Shown: positions 60,906 through 64,000 of the stretch, piece after piece
How positions within the stretch are numbered: position 1 is the stretch's first letter
How the letters are laid out: each line of letters opens with the position of its first letter
NCBI GenBank assembly: GCA_016650125.1
Contig: JAENWT010000007.1
Span: 32,297-96,296, forward strand
Length of the DNA stretch: 64,000 nt
Source: Thermoleophilia bacterium
Lineage (GTDB): Bacteria; Actinomycetota; Thermoleophilia; Solirubrobacterales; 70-9
Direction: 5' to 3'
Notes under the pieces: model-generated
What the model was told of the DNA's origin: nothing
Databases searched by the model: none
Seen by the model: only the letters and a program-made list of their open reading frames with translations
Program-made: the position numbers and the translations under genes

Positions 60906-61696
60906 CGTCCGCGCAGGGCGTTGCCGGTGCGACGCCAGTTGTTCAGGCTGCGGAAGTCATCGACCGTCGACCCCGGAACCTTGCCCTCCGGCTTCTCGGG
61001 ATAGCCCTTGACCAGGTCGAGGGCAGTCTCGGCGCCGACCCCGTCGACGGCCTCGACCTTCCAGATGCCGGCGGTCGACCTGAAGGTCACGGCCTCGGAC
61101 ATCTCGCCGTCGACGAACAGCATCCCGGTCTGGTCATCGGCTCCGTATCCGCCCGGCATGCCCGATCCAACGTCGGCGAGGTAACGCGTCCGCCGTTCCG
61201 GATCCTGGTGGTAATGGACGCAGAAACTGCCATCCAGGACACCCAGTCCCTGAGCGGCGGCCGGCAGGCCGGAGGAAGTGGTGATGCCGTACTCGAACCA
61301 GGCCATCGCCCCGGCGCTCTGGCCGATGATCAGAATGCCGCGGTCGAGGCAGTTCTCGAGCATGTCGCCGATCCCGTGGGCCTGCCAGATCGCGACGAGG
61401 TTGACCAGGCTGCCGCCGCCGACGTAGATCACGTCCTGGCTCAGCAGGTGTGCGCTGACGTCGATCGGGTTGGCGCCGAGGCGGAAGAGCGAGATGTCGG
61501 TCACCTCGCAGCCACGGCTGCCGAACGAACGGTGGAAGCGGGAGATCTGGTCCTCGGGGTCGCCACTGGCGGTCGGCAACAGACAGATCTTTGGCCGCTC
61601 CTCCCCGGAAAGGTCGATCACGTAGTCACAGATCGCCTCATTGCCGTCAAGACGGTCGAATTCGTGACCTCCCATCATGAAAAGGCGGCGGCTCAT
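60902..61696 (-). CDS. peptidase S51 (dipeptidase E / cyanophycinase-like) family protein
   Basis: 264 aa from the internal ATG (MSRRLFMMGGHEF). ICLLPTASGD, VIYVGGGS and the nucleophile elbow IIGQSAGAM. Confidence 0.7.
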   Translation of the reverse strand: MSRRLFMMGGHEFDRLDGNEAICDYVIDLSGEERPKICLLPTASGDPEDQISRFHRSFGSRGCEVTDISLFRLGANPIDVSAHLLSQDVIYVGGGSLVNLVAIWQAHGIGDMLENCLDRGILIIGQSAGAMAWFEYGITTSSGLPAAAQGLGVLDGSFCVHYHQDPERRTRYLADVGSGMPGGYGADDQTGMLFVDGEMSEAVTFRSTAGIWKVEAVDGVGAETALDLVKGYPEKPEGKVPGSTVDDFRSLNNWRRTGNALRGR

Positions 61697-61706
61697 ACAG
61701 AAGACT

Positions 61707-62186
61707 CTAAGCCGCGAGCGGCGACGGCGACCACGGCAGCGACGATTCGCCGACCAGCGAGATGTGATCGGCCGACCCGAGGAAGCGGGTGGCGATCTGC
61801 GTGGTCTTCGCGTGGTCGCCGCGCAGCTCGAGCCCGTAGGCACGTGCCTCCGATCGTGACGCGACGACCTGGGCCAGCTGGGTGTCGACGAAATGGAGGG
61901 CCGCGCCGTCGGCCGCGGCGTACCCGGGACGGAGGCCGTCCTTGAGCTCGTTCTCGAAGACCTTGTGGCGGTCCGAGCCGGCCTCGAAGTGCACCATGTT
62001 CGAGAACGGCAGGAAGCCGAGCCCGAGGACGCGCTTGCTCGCGTCCTGGTATCCGGTCAGGCCTTCGTCGAACCAGCAAAGCGAGCCGGCACTCAGGCCG
62101 CAGACGAAGTCATCCAGCAGGGGATTGCCGGACTCCATGGAAAAGCCGCCGCCCCCGAAGGCGACGATCTGCCGTTTGATTCCCAT
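61707..62186 (-). CDS. peptidase S51-like paralog with an in-frame internal deletion (possible pseudogene)
   Basis: 159 aa from the internal ATG. MGIKRQIVAFGGGGFSMESGNPLLDDFV joins directly to CGLSAGSLCWFDEG. About 90 residues present in the neighbour are missing. Confidence 0.45.
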   Translation of the reverse strand: MGIKRQIVAFGGGGFSMESGNPLLDDFVCGLSAGSLCWFDEGLTGYQDASKRVLGLGFLPFSNMVHFEAGSDRHKVFENELKDGLRPGYAAADGAALHFVDTQLAQVVASRSEARAYGLELRGDHAKTTQIATRFLGSADHISLVGESSLPWSPSPLAA

Positions 62187-62454
62187 GGCGAAATCTTCGA
62201 CCCAGCCCCCCTCCGGCACTTTGGACCGGGGTCGAAAATACCCCGGTACATGATCGGACCGGGGTCCCAGAGGCCCGTTTACGGCTGACGACCGGAACTT
62301 TGGCCTCACTGATCGGTTTAAGGTTCAAGTACGGCGAAGTTTCCGGAGACTTTTTCGTAAACGTTTGATTTCTCGACACTCCGGGTAGTGCCAGAGCCAG
62401 AGTTGTGGGAGAAGTTTGAACCACCCCCGTCCGTTCGATCGAGAGGAATCCCTG

Positions 62455-63606
62455 ATGCGTCTGTCAGATAACCGTCACCACCGCCACCGTTTCACCTTGG
62501 CGACCCTGTTCCTGCTGGCGCTCGGCCTGACGGCCTTCGGCATCGCCGGACTCTCCAGTCAGGCCAAGGCGGCACCGGTCTCCCTCCAGTTCGACAACGG
62601 CCAGGTCAGCATCGGCGAGCTGTTCAAGGAGCGCAAGATCCTGCCGGCGCAGGACACCTTCCCGTCACCGGACCTGCCCACCCCCCAGCGCACCGACATC
62701 GAGCTGATGGGCACCGAGACCAACGGCCAGGTGTCGTTCCCGGCCACGACCAACACCGGACTCCAGTTCCCCTACATGTACGTGCTCTCCCCGACCGACC
62801 CGACGCTGAAGGTGCCGCTCACCTTCCGGCTCAAGGACCCGGGGCTGACCGGCACCTATGACGCCGCTACGGGCCAAATGGACCTGGAGGGCCAGATGGA
62901 CGTGATCGTAATCGTCGGCCTGGGCGCCAATCCGGTGGACCCGTTGATCGACTTCGGCACCCCGCCGCTGGGCCCGTTCGCTCGCTGCCGCATCGCAAAC
63001 GTGCCGGTCGACCTCTCGACCGAGACCAAGGCCCCGTTCACCGCCCAGCGGTTCACCGGCGGCTTTGGAGAGAACGGCGCTCTGACCATGAGCTGGGACG
63101 ATCTGCCGGACGCCGTGATCGAGAACGGCAACGCCGAACAGGAGGGCCTCTGCCTCGAACAGCTCGGCGTGATCATCCACGGCTCGGGCGGGCTCTGGCT
63201 CTCGAACTCGGTGGTCAACCCGGTACCTCAGCCGCCGGTCGAGCTAACCTGCGCCGACGACCTGAGGCTTTGCCCGGTGCCGACCTTCGTCGAGATCTCC
63301 GGCACCAGGGTCACGCCGAAGAAGCACCGGCTCAAGGCCGGGCAGACCACGGCCTTCAAAGTCAAGGTGACCAACTCCGGCACCGAGGACTCGATCGGCA
63401 CCAAGGTCAAGCTCAAGTCCTCGAACCGCAAGGTCAAGGTGCGAAAGACCATCAGCCTGAACGTGCCCGCCGGCTCGAGCGCGACCAAGATGGTCAAGGT
63501 CAAGGTCAAGAAGTCGGCCAAGGGCAAGGCCCGCATCACAGCGAACGCCTCCGGATTCGTGAGCAGCGCGACGATCAAGATCAAGGCCAGAAAGAAAAAG
63601 AAGTAA
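62455..63606 (+). CDS. secreted protein with C-terminal CARDB/Ig-like domain and poly-Lys tail
   Basis: 383 aa from the ATG at 62455 (GAGAGGAA RBS). Signal peptide ending SQAKAA. The C-terminal segment TAFKVKVTNSGTEDS...ATKMVKVKVKK looks CARDB-like, and the protein ends RKKKK. Confidence 0.7.
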   Translation: MRLSDNRHHRHRFTLATLFLLALGLTAFGIAGLSSQAKAAPVSLQFDNGQVSIGELFKERKILPAQDTFPSPDLPTPQRTDIELMGTETNGQVSFPATTNTGLQFPYMYVLSPTDPTLKVPLTFRLKDPGLTGTYDAATGQMDLEGQMDVIVIVGLGANPVDPLIDFGTPPLGPFARCRIANVPVDLSTETKAPFTAQRFTGGFGENGALTMSWDDLPDAVIENGNAEQEGLCLEQLGVIIHGSGGLWLSNSVVNPVPQPPVELTCADDLRLCPVPTFVEISGTRVTPKKHRLKAGQTTAFKVKVTNSGTEDSIGTKVKLKSSNRKVKVRKTISLNVPAGSSATKMVKVKVKKSAKGKARITANASGFVSSATIKIKARKKKK

Positions 63607-63619
63607 CAATGCGCCTCCG

Positions 63620-64000
63620 ATGGAGGCGACCCCCACTTCCGGTGAGACTGAACACCGCCACCTGAGTGACCCTGGCAAGGAGGCCCGGGCGGCGTCGGGG
63701 GTTCCGGTCGTCCCGGTCTTCGACGGTTACCGGGCCCTGGCGATCATCGGCATCGTCACTCTCCATCTGGTTCACCTCTCGGGAGTCGTGGTGACCGGCG
63801 AGAGCGGATTGCTGGCCCACTTGGTGTGGGGCACCATCGGTCACGCCGTCGACGTGCTCTTCGTCGTCAGCGGGTTCGTGGTCTTCCTTCCCACGGTGGC
63901 TCGCAACGGGAGATTCGGCGGCGTCGTTCCTTATGCCATCCGGCGGGTGGCCCGCCTCTTTCCCGCTTACTGGCTGATCATGCTGCTCTCGCTGATTCTG
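63620..64000 (+). CDS. acyltransferase family 3, N-terminal part (runs off the window edge)
   Basis: My own translation from the ATG at 63620 gives MEATPTSGETEHRH...VPVFDGYRALAIIGIVTLHL...FVVSGFVVFLP...RLFPAYWLIML, paralogous to 34737..35885. Confidence 0.75.
   Translation, partial: MEATPTSGETEHRHLSDPGKEARAASGVPVVPVFDGYRALAIIGIVTLHLVHLSGVVVTGESGLLAHLVWGTIGHAVDVLFVVSGFVVFLPTVARNGRFGGVVPYAIRRVARLFPAYWLIMLLSLIL

Noticed and set aside
1-64000. rRNA, tRNA, CRISPR arrays, riboswitches and insertion sequences
   Set aside because: By eye I found no tRNA-like T-arm/acceptor patterns, no regularly spaced repeats and no transposase-like ORFs. A tRNAscan/Infernal/ISfinder run would be needed to exclude them formally.

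Overview
High-GC window (about two-thirds G+C by eye) that looks like actinobacterial chromosome. The secreted Ig-like proteins and gene content suggest a Thermoleophilia/Solirubrobacterales-like organism, but that is inference only. I saw no rRNA, tRNA, CRISPR array, transposase or integrase. Coding density is high, and many start/stop overlaps (ATGA, TGATG, GTGA) mark operons. Region 1-21 kb holds housekeeping and repair genes: thioredoxin (partial), Ppm1-like GT2, PolX, OtsB, a split TauE/SafE pair coupled to ArfB, RmuC, a YhaM-like nuclease, a PAC2 protein and an AddB/Cas4-type helicase-nuclease. The same region carries a decayed sulfur module (DsrE-like, TusE/DsrC, and only the C-terminal stub of a sulfide:quinone oxidoreductase). 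That module abuts three class III nucleotide cyclases, which are bracketed by two direct copies of a 78-bp palindromic element. Region 21-29.5 kb contains a lysine-rich HbhA/H1-like protein behind a LexA-type box, and an ECF sigma factor fused to its own zinc anti-sigma and membrane segment, in an operon with a 955-aa secreted multi-Ig protein. It also contains a low-GC HepT/MntA (HEPN/nucleotidyltransferase) toxin-antitoxin islet. Region 29.6-64 kb is one very large envelope-glycan locus. It encodes UDP-xylose synthase, Wzm/Wzt ABC export, several GT2/GT4 enzymes, four paralogous GT-C (GT39-like) membrane proteins next to polyprenyl-P-sugar synthases, five methyltransferases, five acyltransferases and a tandem pair of PhyH-type Fe(II)/2OG dioxygenases. 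The most promising candidates for something new are this heavily decorated glycan pathway (especially the dioxygenase pair) and the sigma/anti-sigma fusion operon. All functions come from reading the translations; no database search was run.
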